Program-made: the position numbers and the translations under genes
Shown here: one piece after another, positions 1 to 29,600 of the stretch
Position numbering within the stretch: position 1 is the stretch's first letter
How the letters are laid out: each line of letters begins with the position of its first letter
The notes under the pieces: model-generated
Database searches by the model: none
Told to the model about the DNA's origin: nothing
What the model saw: only the letters and a program-made list of their open reading frames with translations
Assembly: GCA_965207375.1 (NCBI GenBank)
Contig: CBDBMG010000003.1
Span: 288,001-352,000 of the forward strand
Direction: 5' to 3'
DNA from: Nitrosopumilaceae archaeon
GTDB lineage: Archaea; Thermoproteota; Nitrososphaeria; Nitrososphaerales; Nitrosopumilaceae
Length of the DNA: 64,000 nucleotides

Positions 1-542
1 TTATAGTTACATACGTAGCTCTTGATGACTGTTTATTCATGATTGTGATCACTGATGTTTTGGTTTGTTTTTAAACTTTTGGCATAGTTACATAGCTAGA
101 TACTTAGGTATCATGATTAGATAGCTATAGCTATAGCTATATACATGCTGCATGGCCTTTGATTTTCTCAGACAAAATTTACTGAATAAATTTATCACAT
201 TAATTAAAGCTTGCCACAATCAAGATAGCTATATAGAAAAATAGGGTTTTAGGGTACCTGACCTATATGAAGTTTACATGTCCAGTAGCATGCAGCAACT
301 CCAAGGATGTAGGTACGTAGCTAGCTATAGTAAAAGAGGTTCCCTGGACATCTTGGATTATTTCATTAAAGCAACTCTCCACAATACTGCAATACAAAAT
401 AGCTAGCTAGCTATGTCTTCAGTAACAATACACCTAAGGCATGCAAAGAGTAGCTAGCTAATGAAAACAAAGCAGTGGCTAGCTAGCTAGCTATAGTTAG
501 CTATAGCTACCATAGCTACGTACATTACTATTTTTGATGTTT

Positions 543-699
543 ATACATACATACATACATACATACAAATATACATACATACATACATACATACATACAT
601 ACATACATACATACATACATACATACATACATACATACATACATACATACATACATACATGCATGCATGCATGCATGCATGCATACATACATACATACA
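543..699. repeat. (TACA)n/(TGCA)n microsatellite
   Basis: Direct reading of the sequence; it explains the spurious MYVC-repeat ORFs. Confidence 0.95.
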
Positions 700-952
700 T
701 GTGACCGAGTCTGCGAAAACCAGTCTTATCTGCACATAAAATTTGAGCTAATTTTGAACCTTCCAAATTTAATAACTTTTTCCTAACATACGTAGTACTT
801 TATCAAAAATTTTATCATATACACAAAATTTCCTAAGGAATTCAATAAAACTTACAGATATAGTATAACTCACACAGAAAAAGAGATAGATATGATAAAA
901 TGAATAAGTGCATTTTGTGCAGATAAGATTTGTTTTCACGGACTCAGTCACA
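700..952. mobile_element. MITE, TGTGAC...GTCACA family
   Basis: Imperfect ~38-bp TIRs, TGTGACCGAGTCTGCGAAAACCAGTCTTATCTGCACA / TGTGCAGATAAGATTTGTTTTCACGGACTCAGTCACA. Inserted in a microsatellite; related to 33966-34217. Confidence 0.85.
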
Positions 953-1320
953 TATACATACATACATACATAGCTACATACATGCGTATACATATAGTTG
1001 GAGTTGGAACCGGACAGTGGCGGACACCCTGCAATTGGGACAAACTAAAAGTGTGCTGGTTACCAAGGTGTCCAGATCAGCTTATCTGCTAAAGGGCTAT
1101 ACTTTGGGACCCATCATCATTCATTTTAAGTATCCACATATGCTAACTGGTTCCGCTACATGCATAATTATCCATACGTCGCTATAAATAATTGCTACAC
1201 CTTATTTCCCTTGATTCTGAAGGGGCTCATTTGCAATTCGGCTTGCCCAATATATAGCTACCTGATACCTGTGTATGAAATTAGGGTACGTAGCTACATA
1301 GTATAGCTATATCACTTTAG

Positions 1321-1985
1321 CCCTTAAACCCGCATTAACCAGTCTACTGGTATATTGCGTTATTGTCTTTGAAATCGCATTAGCCAGTATACTGGTTTTT
1401 AACCACACGCAAGCAAACAAACAGGGCTAGCTTAAATATTATACGGGCTATAAAAACATTTAAATTATATTATTACTCACCATTAAATTCTGATTCGAAT
1501 GGTCGCATTGGCAAGCAGCTCCGATAAAATCATCCGTCCTCAGAAAGGCTCAAAATAACAAAAGAAATCATTCTTGTTCCTTTTCGCCTGCATGCGTTTA
1601 GACAAGCGGCCATAACTTGGCCGTCGTCGCTTCTATTACAAAACGGCTTGCGCCATTTTGTTCCTCACGTGAATCTGCATCTGATGATATATTGTTTATG
1701 GCTTCAAAATAAAATGGCGGCCCGTACCGTAAAGGGCGACTTTTTTTCTCGACGAAACAAAGAAAACCAGTGCATCGCTTCGTAACCAGAGACTTCCTTA
1801 GCATATTTTAGAAAAGTATGGATGCTTATAAAGGTATATTTGTTTTGTGCACAATAAACGGCCCGTGCGGTTAACACCTTGCCATTGCTGGGCCTTTTAA
1901 CAACAAGAAACTGAATGCTAAATTAATTCGCTATTTCGGCGTATGCGTTTTAAAAATAAACTTGCATAATTTGCGGGTTTAAGGG
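1321..1985. mobile_element. piggyBac-like non-autonomous element with TTAG TSD
   Basis: 14-bp perfect TIR CCCTTAAACCCGCA...TGCGGGTTTAAGGG with CCC/GGG ends. TTAG lies on both sides (1317-1320, 1986-1989). Confidence 0.8.
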
Positions 1986-2046
1986 TTAGACTATAGCTAG
2001 ACAGTTAGTTAGTTAGACATGTATGAGTGGTATATTGTGATATACA

Positions 2047-2258
2047 TGTATGTATGCATGTATGTATATGTATGTATGTAGCTATGTATGTATGTATGTA
2101 TGTATGTATGTATGTATGTATGTATGTATGTATGTATGTATGTATGCATGCATGCATGTATGTATGCATGTATGTATGTATGTATGTACGTAGGTACGTA
2201 CGTACGTACGTACGTACGTACGTATGTATGTATGTAAATGTATGTATGTAGCTATGTA
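2047..2258. repeat. (TATG)n/(TACG)n microsatellite
   Basis: Direct reading. Confidence 0.95.
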
Positions 2259-2660
2259 TGGGGTTGCGTAGCTGCAAGGTGTGGCTACTGACTTGTCATT
2301 ATCATAGAATTGTACACAAAATATCACCACACATATTTATATATAGCTACATCGAAAAACAAAACAAAAAATGTGGAGTCCTTTGCCCAAAGGGAAAAAC
2401 CCAGCAGCTAGAGCTATTAAGTATTGATTCTTTGTATAATTTCATTTTGCACACCTGGTGCTGACCATCCTCTTAAATGTACTGTGTGCTGTTAAAAGTC
2501 ATTGTCTTTGCTTTCACTGCATTCAAAAACTAGAGTTAGACTTGAGTCAAGAGCTGTGCACACCATACAACTGCACTAGGTTGGGGAGGTGAGAAGTAGG
2601 CAGCACACATGAGTAGGTGTGTACAGTACAGTAGAATTGAACACATGTTCACACCTATAA

Positions 2661-2734
<74 letters not shown>

Positions 2735-2809
2735 GTGAGCAAAAACCAGCCTAGTTCACACCTGCGATTTTATGGGGTGCCGTTTAGTATGAAGAGTAAT
2801 CACTGCCAT

Positions 2810-3507
<698 letters not shown>

Positions 3508-3682
3508 TGTGATTATATAAAAGTGTTGTGTATGCCTAGTGCGTCTCTATACTAGCTATTCCTCACCTTATGTGCAAAGGGAAGCTTCCACGTACAAGAA
3601 GTGGCCCTGTGAAGGCCAGAGCACTACTCCCAAGAATGACAACGTCAGGGTAGCTCACGTGATCCACATGTTATTTTATAAA

Positions 3683-4365
<683 letters not shown>

Positions 4366-4419
4366 GCCAATGTGGCATGCTTCGACATAGATTATTATAC
4401 CGTATAATAGTCTAAGCTT

Positions 4420-4510
4420 GAGCATTGTGGGCGCGCGCTTACTTTTGTCCACCGGTTATAACTGCGGCGCCTCTCTCTCGTGGCTGGCTTTTTAGTGAAG
4501 AAGTAAGCAT
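4420..4510 (+). promoter_or_regulatory. Possible CpG-rich promoter / non-coding first exon of the integrase gene
   Basis: Local CpG enrichment (GGGCGCGCGC, GCGGCGCC) followed by donor-like AA|GTAAGC at 4503. An acceptor CACATAG at 6198 lies just before ATG 6207. Confidence 0.3.
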
Positions 4511-5399
4511 CATCACAGTGAGACTGCTTTTTGTAGCTAGATATAATGTATGTGATGAGTCCCTAAGTCCCTGAGCCGTCATTACCAGACTGCTCAGTAT
4601 ACGAATATACATACTGATTGGACGGTAATAATCACTGTCTCGCGTAGGTACAGTAGACCCATTTTTATTCGCGGGCCTGGGTACCTGAATTTTTCTTCCA
4701 TTTATAATAAGGAACTGAGTGTAAAACGAGCGCCGCTTGTGGCTATATAGTTCAAACCAATCATGACTGCATGATTTAGCTACGTACTATACGCCGCTTA
4801 TCAGTTAAACGCGTTTTCAGGCTTTTGTATTTCGATGTTAGTCACCACTGGATCACCTCTCCAGTATATATATTAACCCTGTATGCAGACAAACACAAGG
4901 ATCAAGTGGTTCAGTCTAGATAGTCTGACCAAAGTGTCAGGATCATGAGCTTGAATAGCAATAAAGCATGACCATGCAGAAATCACATGTGTACAGCTGC
5001 AAATCACATGGTGAATGGTGTTCCCAGTGAAGGTCAACTGAGGGGATGATGTAACAGCTGATCATATGGCTGCTTATATAATAACTAGCATGCCCAGGGG
5101 TCCGCATCATGTCGATGGCTCTGGAATCACTGTCGGAATCAAAGAATCACCAGAATCAGAAATTATAACTTCTATGCACAAATTTAGCAATTCTTTGTAT
5201 ATAATCGATACAAATACCCGTATTTGGTAAACAGGATCAATTTTGGAATCTTGGAATCAAACCAAAATTCCAGAAGACTCTGAAAGTTCAGAGTTGTGGA
5301 GCCCTCGTCATCACCAATCAATGCTGCCCAAAATCCATGGATTCTATAACACAAAAATCTGTGGTAAGGTAACCAGACTCTTAGGTAGCTATGTAGCTA

Positions 5400-5682
5400 T
5401 AGGTGCAACCAAAAACTTTAATATTAGCTGCATGAGGCCAAGAAGTAAATGTATTTTTTAACTTGAATGACATAGCTATACAATAGTTTGACATTTTTCA
5501 CAAGTATATGATTGGCTTTGTCATGCACTGACTCTGCCACCTTTTTCGTACCAAAATTATTACAAAGCCAATCATATAGCATGTACTTGTGAAAATGCTT
5601 TAAACTATTGTATGTCATTCAAGGAGTTAAAATATTTTTACTTCTTGGCCTCAGCTGAGATCAAAGTTTTTGGTTGCACCTA
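5400..5682. mobile_element. Palindromic (foldback) MITE
   Basis: TAGGTGCAACCAAAAACTTT...AAAGTTTTTGGTTGCACCTA with ~120-bp imperfect arms; the interior resembles the core of 54588-54883. Confidence 0.75.
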
Positions 5683-5956
5683 CGTACCTGTTTGCAATGC
5701 TGCTTCTCGCACATTTTTACACCCAGGGTGTTTTTGTTTAGCTACTTAGCTAAATGCATGTATAGATACTAATTCTGCATGTTGGCGCTTAGAAATTTCT
5801 AATAAATCTATAAAGACACACTATACTGTGCCTATAATAATTATATGCATCATGAGGTAACTATATACGTAGTTATATGGTAGCTATATATAATTAATGT
5901 CAACCATATAGCTATTACTTTACATACACACAAATCATGGTTAACAACACAAACCA

Positions 5957-6153
<197 letters not shown>

Positions 6154-6206
6154 CTCTTAACTCATAGCCTTAGTGTGTGTAATTGTGTATTCACATAGGT
6201 ATAGTA

Positions 6207-9183
6207 ATGTCTGAGTCATCTTTTGATCATACTTGGTGTATTAGTGTTCTGAGGAGGATTGTTAGTGATCTTGCTGTTTATTCAGATGGAAGAACAATGT
6301 TTAGGAATGCATTAGATAGCTATATTTTATGCATTGAGGGTGTGTATCGCGAGTTTGTAATTGCAGATACCCTTTATGGTCTTAATAACCATGAACAGGC
6401 AGTAGTTAGTTTGCTTAAATATGCACATGAAACATTAATGTATATGTATGATCATCCAATATCAGAAGACGAACTGCACAGTTGTCCAGTAGTGCTAGGC
6501 ACAAATGGCCGGCCTAGATTTGACATTCCATTTGAACAATTGGATTGTTTATTACAAAATCATTTTACTGTTCCTCAAATTGCTGACCTACTTAGTGTAT
6601 CACAACAAACCATCTTTAGACGAATGTCAGAATATGGTTTATCTGTCAGTTCTCAATATGCAAATTTGACAGATGATGAGTTGGATTGGCTTGTTATAAA
6701 CATACAACAAGAATTTCCAATGTGTGGGAATCAACAGATGCAAGGCCATCTATTGTCACAAGAGTTCCGAGTACAGCAAAGTAGGATCAGAGAATCTCAA
6801 AGAATAACTTGTCCTGAAGGCACCATGATGCATCGCTTAAGATGTTTAGAAAGACGGGAGTACAGAGTAGCTGGACCTCGTTCTCTTTATCATATTGACG
6901 GCAATCACAAATTAATCAGGTAGACAATATGTATTTTTATGCATGGTAACTTATAGCTACTTAGCTAGGTAAGTATATTGAATAATCATGATTAGCTACA
7001 CACATTCCAAATGAATGGTATCATTTGGTGTAGCTACGTATATAGTAACTACGTATATGTAACTATCACAGATCATTTTCTGATTCATTTGGCAGAGCAA
7101 ATGTCTGATTTGGTAGGACAAATCTTCTGCATGTAGTTACATTCCAATGGGGTAACCAAATGCAATGATAGTCAGGAATAATTTTACTATAAATGACCAA
7201 CAAACTTCAAAAATTAGTAGATAATTATGTAGCTAACACTGTGGAGGAAACTAGTGCTACAAATGTGATGTTGCATAGTTGGAATAGAAAATTTAGTTAT
7301 TTAGCTATGCACACTGAAACTGAAAGTGTGCTGCAACTAGGGCTGTGCGATAATGGAAAAGTTATAATATTATCATATCTCAATAAGTCAACATGAAGAA
7401 TGTAGCTATAAACTATCAGTCAAAATGTATCCCACAAGTTAAAGTCTGTACCTATCAGGTAGCTAATATAACTGGGTTTACTTACTTTCTATAAAAGTGG
7501 GATAGTGCAGATTAAGTAGTACCGCTATTGCATAAGGTATGGCTTCCTGGCCATTATTTAGTTACAAAAATAATAGCAGTAGCTAAACACACTATTGATG
7601 TGTAATGTAGCCATAAATACTTTTGATATCGATATCATTGTGTTATTGTTATTATTGTGATAGCTACAACTCGAGCTCATGCATACATAGCTATATCAGG
7701 CAAAGCACTCTTGCCTGTATGTGTTGCAACTATTACATGTAGCTATATACCTATAGAGTATATAATTATCTAGCAATGGTGACCTAACCAAGTGCACTTA
7801 TTTCGGATCAATCACTAATATTATGTAATATAGAAACCTATAGCTGCTTATCTAATAAGGTTGTGGAAATTATCTTAAGTTATAGCTACGTATATGTGGC
7901 TATGTTGTAGTGTACCTATAGCTATACCTCCATCATGTGTTAGCCTCAAAGCTATACGTATAGTAAAATGTGCTATTCACTGAATAAATTGTATATAGCT
8001 ACTTGAAAAGCCATATAGATTTAGGTCATGCAGTTTCCTATAGTAAAATAGGTGTTAACCTGGACTTGATGTCCAGTCAAATTTAATTTGTGCATGTTTA
8101 TATTAATCATGCACTTTGGCTAACTAACTGCAAGATGCAATATCTTATGCTGGTTAGTTATGTTTATATGTTCACATATGGATATATGTATGTTTATATA
8201 GGTGGAGACTTGTTATCCACGGGTGTATCGATGGATACAGCAGAAGGATTATATACTTGCATTGCAGCGATAATAACAGAGCAGCCACAGTCCTGCAATT
8301 ATTTGTTGAACAGTTGGGTGTAACAGGACTCCCAAGCAGAGTACGAGGAGACAGAGGGGGAGAAAATGTGCAGGTTGCTTCCTTTATGATCCAGCATCCA
8401 GACAGAGGTCCTGATCGTGGCAGTTTTATAACAGGACGTAGTGTTCATAACCAAAGAATTGAACGTTTATGGCGTGATGTTTATTCACAGTGTACAATAC
8501 TATATTATCAAATTTTTTATTACATGGAAGATTTAGGCTTACTTAATATAGAAAATGAAATACATTTGTTTAGTCTACATTATATTTTTATGCCAAGAAT
8601 AAACATGTCACTAACAAAATTTAAAAATGGTTGGAATAATCATCCATTATCTTCAGCAAGATTTTTAACACCAATACAACTGTGGATTAGTGGACTGCAT
8701 CATAATACTGATGCTGAAATAAATGAGGTGCTTAACAATTTTTTAGAAACCAAATTAAAGTAGCCATGCAGTTAGCTATACATTAGAAAATAAGTATGCG
8801 TTTACATATTACAATTTGCATCAAATGTATAGCTATGTAAAAATAGGATAATGGAATGTATAGCTATGCATGTATACATTTTTCATTGGTATGTTCTATT
8901 TACACAATGCTTATAATGTGTGTATATGCTATGATATTAACGGCATAATTTTTATTAGGAAGATTTGCAGTTATACGGAATTGACTGGGATGGCCCATTA
9001 TCAACAGAAGAAGATATGACACAAGAACAAGTGAATGTACCATTAGTAGAATCTCCATTAACTGATGATGATTTTTTGGAACTTAGCCAAACCATATCAC
9101 CACTGGCTCCATCAGTCAATTATGGAATAGACTTGTACCTAACCACCCTTCATTTTATATCACTGCATACAATACAAACATAG
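6207..9183 (+). CDS. Spliced DDE integrase-core transposase (IS3/IS3EU-like), 487 aa; exons 6207-6919, 8202-8727, 8959-9183
   Basis: GT-AG introns join the exons in frame (713+526+225=1464 nt). N-terminal GRPR + HTH ([20 protein letters not shown]). Splicing rebuilds [10 protein letters not shown]|[14 protein letters not shown], followed by [12 protein letters not shown] and [14 protein letters not shown] (D-D-E triad) and C-terminal YGIDWDGP. No stops or frameshifts. Confidence 0.92.
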
Positions 9184-9644
9184 TTATGTAGCTAACTATA
9201 GGTTTTAAATTTGTATGTATAGCTATAGCTACGTACGTAGTTGGAGTGGGTTTATAAATCTCATTGTGTAGCTATAGCTATAGCTCTCCTGTGAGTATAT
9301 AGCCATATTGCTGAGTATATAGCCATATTGCTATACACTGCATATAATATAGATAAATGCAGCTATGCACATCACATTATACCTATTGTTATTCCTATAT
9401 GCTCATGTATACATAGCTATAGTTATTATAGTGATTCATATGGTAACAATACAGCTACGTAGTCATTCATACACACGTAATAGTTACGTATATACAGGTT
9501 GTTTGCCTCATCATGATATATATGCACCTGAACTGAGGGATGAGAGTGTATATATATCATAATATTATATGTAATCATGCATGTGATAGAATATCCTCAA
9601 TGGTAGTTCATGGCCTCACTCTGTTTATGTAGACACTTGTATTG

Positions 9645-10408
9645 CTGTGAGTATAGCCACTGTGAGGACTAGTACTGTGAGTATAGCCACTGTGAGTGTA
9701 GTCACTGTGAGTATATAGTCACTGTGAGTATATATAGTCACTGTGAGTATAGTCACTGTGAGTATAGCCACTGTGAGTATATATAGTCACTGTGAGGATA
9801 GCCACTGTGAGTATAGCCAGTGTGAGTATATAGTCACTGTGAGCATAGTCACTGCATGTGAGTATAGCCACTATGAGTATATATAGTCACTGTGAGTATA
9901 GCCACTGTGAGTATATATACGTAGTCACTGTGAGTATAGCCACTGTGAGTATATATAGTCACTGTGAGTATAGCCACTGTGAGTATATATAGCCACTATG
10001 AGTATAGTCAATATGAGTATAGTCACGCCACTGTGAGTATAGCCAATGTGAGTATATATAGCCACTGTGAGTATATATAGTCACTGTGAGTATAGCCACT
10101 GTGAGTATAGCCACTATGAGTATATAGTCACTGTGAGTATAGCCACTGTGAGTATATATAGCCACTATGAGTATAGTCAATATGAGTATAGTCACGCCAC
10201 TGTGAGTATAGCCATGCACTGTGAGTATACAGTCACTGTGAGCATAGCCACTGTGAGTATATATAGTCACTGTGAGTATATATAGCCACTGTGAGTATAG
10301 CCAATTTGAGTATATATACGTAGCCACTGTGAGTACTATAGCTAGTACTGTGAGTATAGCCACTGTGAGTACTACTGAGTACTGTGAGTATAGCCACTGT
10401 GAGTATAT
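9645..10408. repeat. Minisatellite, ~15-19-bp unit ACTGTGAGTAT(AT)nAG(C/T)C
   Basis: Roughly 45 tandem variants; reverse-complement units at 11072-11167. Confidence 0.93.
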
Positions 10409-12844
10409 ACTAGTAGATATATATGCTAGCTACTTACAATACTCACATACTCACAGTTGCTATTTTAATTTAGTACAGATTGGTAGGCACATATAGCTAT
10501 GTCAAAATAGCACTCCATGCATGTCTTACCTATGTTTACACATTTATGTGTGCAGTATTATAGCTGCATGCTATTCAGGGGGTATTTAAATTATCAGGAC
10601 ACAAAATGTATGGAGAGAAAAAGTACACTATATGGAGTGACAATAAAAATATAGGGGGCACCCTAGGCCCTCTTTCTGCCATCTATACAGTATGATAGTC
10701 AAAGGAATTACAAGGTGAAAATCAAAGCTTGTGGTATTTGTTTATTTATTTTTCGGTTTGTTCTAATTTGACTATTTTGGCATGTCATGTTAGCACAAAT
10801 GACACAATGTAGTGTGTCAAATTTGAGGACATTCAATGTGTATTATATAGCTAGTTTATATGTTAAAACTACACACTGCATGGTGTACGACAGTTGGGGA
10901 AAGTGACTTGCCCGATTTTAAAACAAAACAGGAGGACAACTTATATTAAATAGCAACCACATGAACTTGCTTTTATTGTGTAGCGCTATAGCTACTGCAT
11001 ATGAGTACTGTGAGTATAGCTACTCTGAGTAAAGCTATACTTACATGAGATTAGCTACATAATATATATATAGCCACAGTGGCTATATTCACAGTAGTGA
11101 CAGTACTAGTACTCACAGTGGCTATACTCACAGTACTAGTAACTCACAGTGGCTATACTCACAGTACTATACGTAGCTAACCTGAGCCCTTGTATACGTA
11201 AATCAGTTGAACATTTCAATGCTAATCTTCTAGGTACCTGTCACACCCCCTGGTACGTACTACTATGGTTATCTCCTCACAAGATTCTAAATCTACATAA
11301 TATTATGTACAGAACAGTCCAAATCTTGTGTTAGGATGCATTTTTATTTTAAAACAATAAAACACATGCACACTTCAGAGGTCCACTACCGCCTAGCTAC
11401 CACACCTCCTGGTACCACTTTAGTCAATTCCTTCTGTCAGGAGCTTATATGAGCCACCAGCAGGTCATACGTAAGCTCCTATTTTGGTTAATTCATGATA
11501 TTATAATGTATTAGCATATACATATTTACAGTTATACTGACATAGGGATTAAATTATTAATACTTTGCTAAGTCAAATGCTAAATATGGTCGGGAAATGC
11601 ATGGCTAACATTTTCAGGGGTGGATATAGGACTTACTGAGAGGGTCAGGGGACTAGTATAGATCTCTGAAACAGTGCATAGCTATGCATGGGGAGCCAGA
11701 TAGCAGGGGTGATAATTAACTTTAAAAACCTTCCTGCATAACATTAGTCAGACCATATATAGACTATTTATGATCGGCTACTGAAGATAAAACGAAATAA
11801 TACAGATTCCTTCTTGAAATCATTTTCTTCATGCTTTATGCTAGTCTATATTTCATAATTTCAAATTTCTTTGATTGGCTACATAGATGGCCAAATGTTC
11901 CCTGGCCTGATTGGCCATCTCTAATATTGTCCAGTTTGGCTGACTTGTATATAATCACGTGCACCCCTGAGATACGTAGGGTGTTTAACGTATTACAGCA
12001 TATATACGCATTTAGATCTTGTGAGAAGGAGTTAACTATATAGCTAGCATATAGCTAGCTAGCCACCATTCAATTTGGGTGTGATGCATGGGTGCAACCT
12101 TTTTAGAAGGTTAGCACTGAAATGTACAGAAATAGCACTACGGTAACTGGGCTTATTTTCATAATATCTAAAAGAATCGAAAAAGGGAAAAAATCCATGC
12201 CAGCTATAGTAGTCCAGTATTCCAGTCCAGTATAGCTATATATAGCTATAGCTACTATACATAGCTCGGGGCATAGGGAGGGGTTCAGGAACCCAGGCCC
12301 CGCTGGGTAGCTAGCAGCTGCATGCTTGTAATAAATTTAAAAGCTGCATGGGTAGCTAGTTAGCTAACAAAATTTTGTTGAACACACTAATGCTATAAAG
12401 TATTGTCACTTGTTCATTTTATGTAATGCACATGCAGTAGCTAGGTGCATGCAATATATTTTTGTGAGTGCATGGGGTTAATAAATGCCCTGCTCACAAA
12501 AATTAGATTGATAGCTACTCTCAATTACGTAGCCAGCAGTCAAACACCCTTTATTCACTTTGAATGCATGCATGCATGCATATGCACCTGATGTGCACAA
12601 CTTAATTGATTCATCAGCCACAAAACACCATGCATGCATGGGTACACTAACCCATGCAGGTAGCTAGCTATGTACCTGCATGGAGTTATAGTTGAAAACA
12701 CGGAGTTATAGTTGAAAACACGGACTCCTACACTCCCCCCCACCTGCGCATGGGTGGGGAGTTGTACAACTAACTGTTAATCAATGGTGCAAATTGCATA
12801 AAACCTGCACTCTAATTACGTATCTTAGAAACTTTCTGTGATGG

Positions 12845-14296
<1,452 letters not shown>

Positions 14297-14860
14297 TATG
14301 TAAGCATACACCCATGCGTCCAGGGGCAAAATATTTTACAAAGCTCCACAGCTCATGCATGCAGTTATATAATAAAATGCCTCTGCATGTATATATAGCT
14401 ACATGTAATTATATTATTATATATTTACCATTACAAAATCCCCACTGATGGGGAGTATAACTCTAGCAAAAGACATACAAATCCCCATCTATGGCCGGGT
14501 GGGGGGAGTGGGGGTTGGCATTGATAGTTGCATTATTCTACAGTATGCCACCACATGCATAGCTATATATATATATACGTATATATAAACATATATACTG
14601 CATGTATGTGAGTAGCTGCTATAATACAAGTAATGTGAGGCTCACTGCATAACTATACTGAGAACTCAGGACTGCATGTGCGTTGCTTAGGTTGCTATAT
14701 ATTATGGAGATGCTATGCAATTATATGTGTGCTTGCGCACGTGCAGCGTGCATGCAAGCTAGCTATATAATATAAACGCGGAATTTTGTGTGCAGGCAAT
14801 CAGTCGTTTTTAATGCGCTACATAATTATAGTGGTCTTTTGGTTATAATTAGCAATAGAT

Positions 14861-27838
<12,978 letters not shown>

Positions 27839-29409
27839 GAATTTTATCAAGTAAATTGCATACTTCATAACTATATTGTCCAAATTACTAATATCAACAA
27901 CTCAAAGGTTTTTGCTGGTCATAAAATTATGAAATCTTTTATTAATGTATTTTAATCTCAATTAATTATGCTATAATACGAGTAATTTGTCAGGGATTGA
28001 AAGGGGGTCAAACCCTGGCCCCCAGAAGCTATAGGGTGATTTATTTTATTTAGAGCATATACGTATTAAAAATTCAAGGAACTTGCTAACCAAAGTAGTG
28101 GAGTTGGGGGTGTGGTGGATGAAGCTCAAGGTAGACACATGCTGACAATCGTACCCATGTATAGTCTGCCTGCTTGATACTGGACAACAACTACTTAGAG
28201 GTCTCAGCCAACGTACTGTGCATGTAGTATAGTAACAATTCTGTTTATGAATGTGAATATTGTGACAGGGGTTCATTAAATTGATAGTTACAGTGCTATG
28301 CATACAACACTGCATAGCCTAAAGTTCTATTGGAGAGTGAGGGCTTAGCAGACAAGCAGTCTAAGGAAAACCCCTCGTTGCTAGGATAAATCCGAAGGGT
28401 ATGCTCCATTTCCATGTGTGCATAACTTGTAATTATCCATAATAATTGAATAGCCATACAGCGATCCCTGGAACTAGGAAAACTGATTACGCTTCAAATC
28501 AATATAGCTAAGTACATTATGCTTTTAAAATTCCTGATTATTGATAAAAACCAGCCTTTCATAGACCTCACATCATATTTATTGGGGTCGCAATATAACA
28601 GTTCTTTCTTTGCAACAACAGCTAATATAATATATAAAGATAACAACTCAGTGAAGTAATGAATACTATACATTTCAGCCGGTGTGGTTCATGTTGTAGG
28701 TTGATGCAATGAGCTTCAACTACATATTGTACATGTGTTTTTATTGACCACAGGAATAATTTCAGGGTCATTTTAATGTATAAAATAAACTCCCACAGAA
28801 TACAAGGTTGGTCACATGCTATGTATATCACAGGGTATGTGACTTGTCAAGTATATGTATTAGTTTTGATGTGGGTGTTAATCACTCTACCATGTGTTTC
28901 TCTCCATGATGTCAGTCAGTTTGCACATTAATGATTGGCTGGAACAATTTTAGGCATAATGGAATACACTGGAATGGTATATAGGACAAATTGAAGTTAA
29001 GTTGTCTTACAAAAAGGTTACCTAATATCCTCTTGTTAAATTTAAAATGCTGTAAACTGAAACCCACAATCAAATATTTCTCGTGTCCATGATATTAAAT
29101 AATATGCTGAAAACTGTGAAGAGCTTTTGTCATGTACCTAATAAGATATTTACAGCATGCACTGTTAACTTCCTGTAAATTATGATGTAGTGGACTGTAT
29201 AAAGTGTTACCAACAAAGACAATTAACATCCTGCAGCAATTACATTGTATATATGCAAATTCTGGAATTGCCCTGTTAGCTGACGTACATTGCACACATG
29301 TAAACATTTAGCCTCTACCAAACTTAACAGTTAGCTACTAATTTTTCAGGAAAATAAGACTCAGTGGATGGGTTTTAAGTGCATGGTCATGATTCATGCA
29401 CAGCTGATA

Positions 29410-29600
29410 TTTTTTGTAAACTATTCAAGATTTGAAATAATACAGTAGTGCAGATCTGGAATAAGCTTCCCAATATGGTTCAGGCAACAACAGTCAGTGT
29501 GTTTAAAGCTTGTCTTGACAGTTACTGGCACAAAATATGATATGGAGACTATAAAGGCTTTGGCCTATTTTTTATTATAATTATACTTAATACACTTAAT
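29410..29600 (+). mobile_element. CR1/L2-type LINE 3' remnant
   Basis: Translates as VVQIWNKLPNMVQATTVSVFKACLDSYW, the typical CR1 ORF2 C-terminus. Confidence 0.6.

Noticed and set aside
4725-4805. AGCGCCGC/TACGCCGC as the left TIR matching 31580-31591
   Set aside because: The match is only 7-8 bp, with no subterminal repeats and no TSD.
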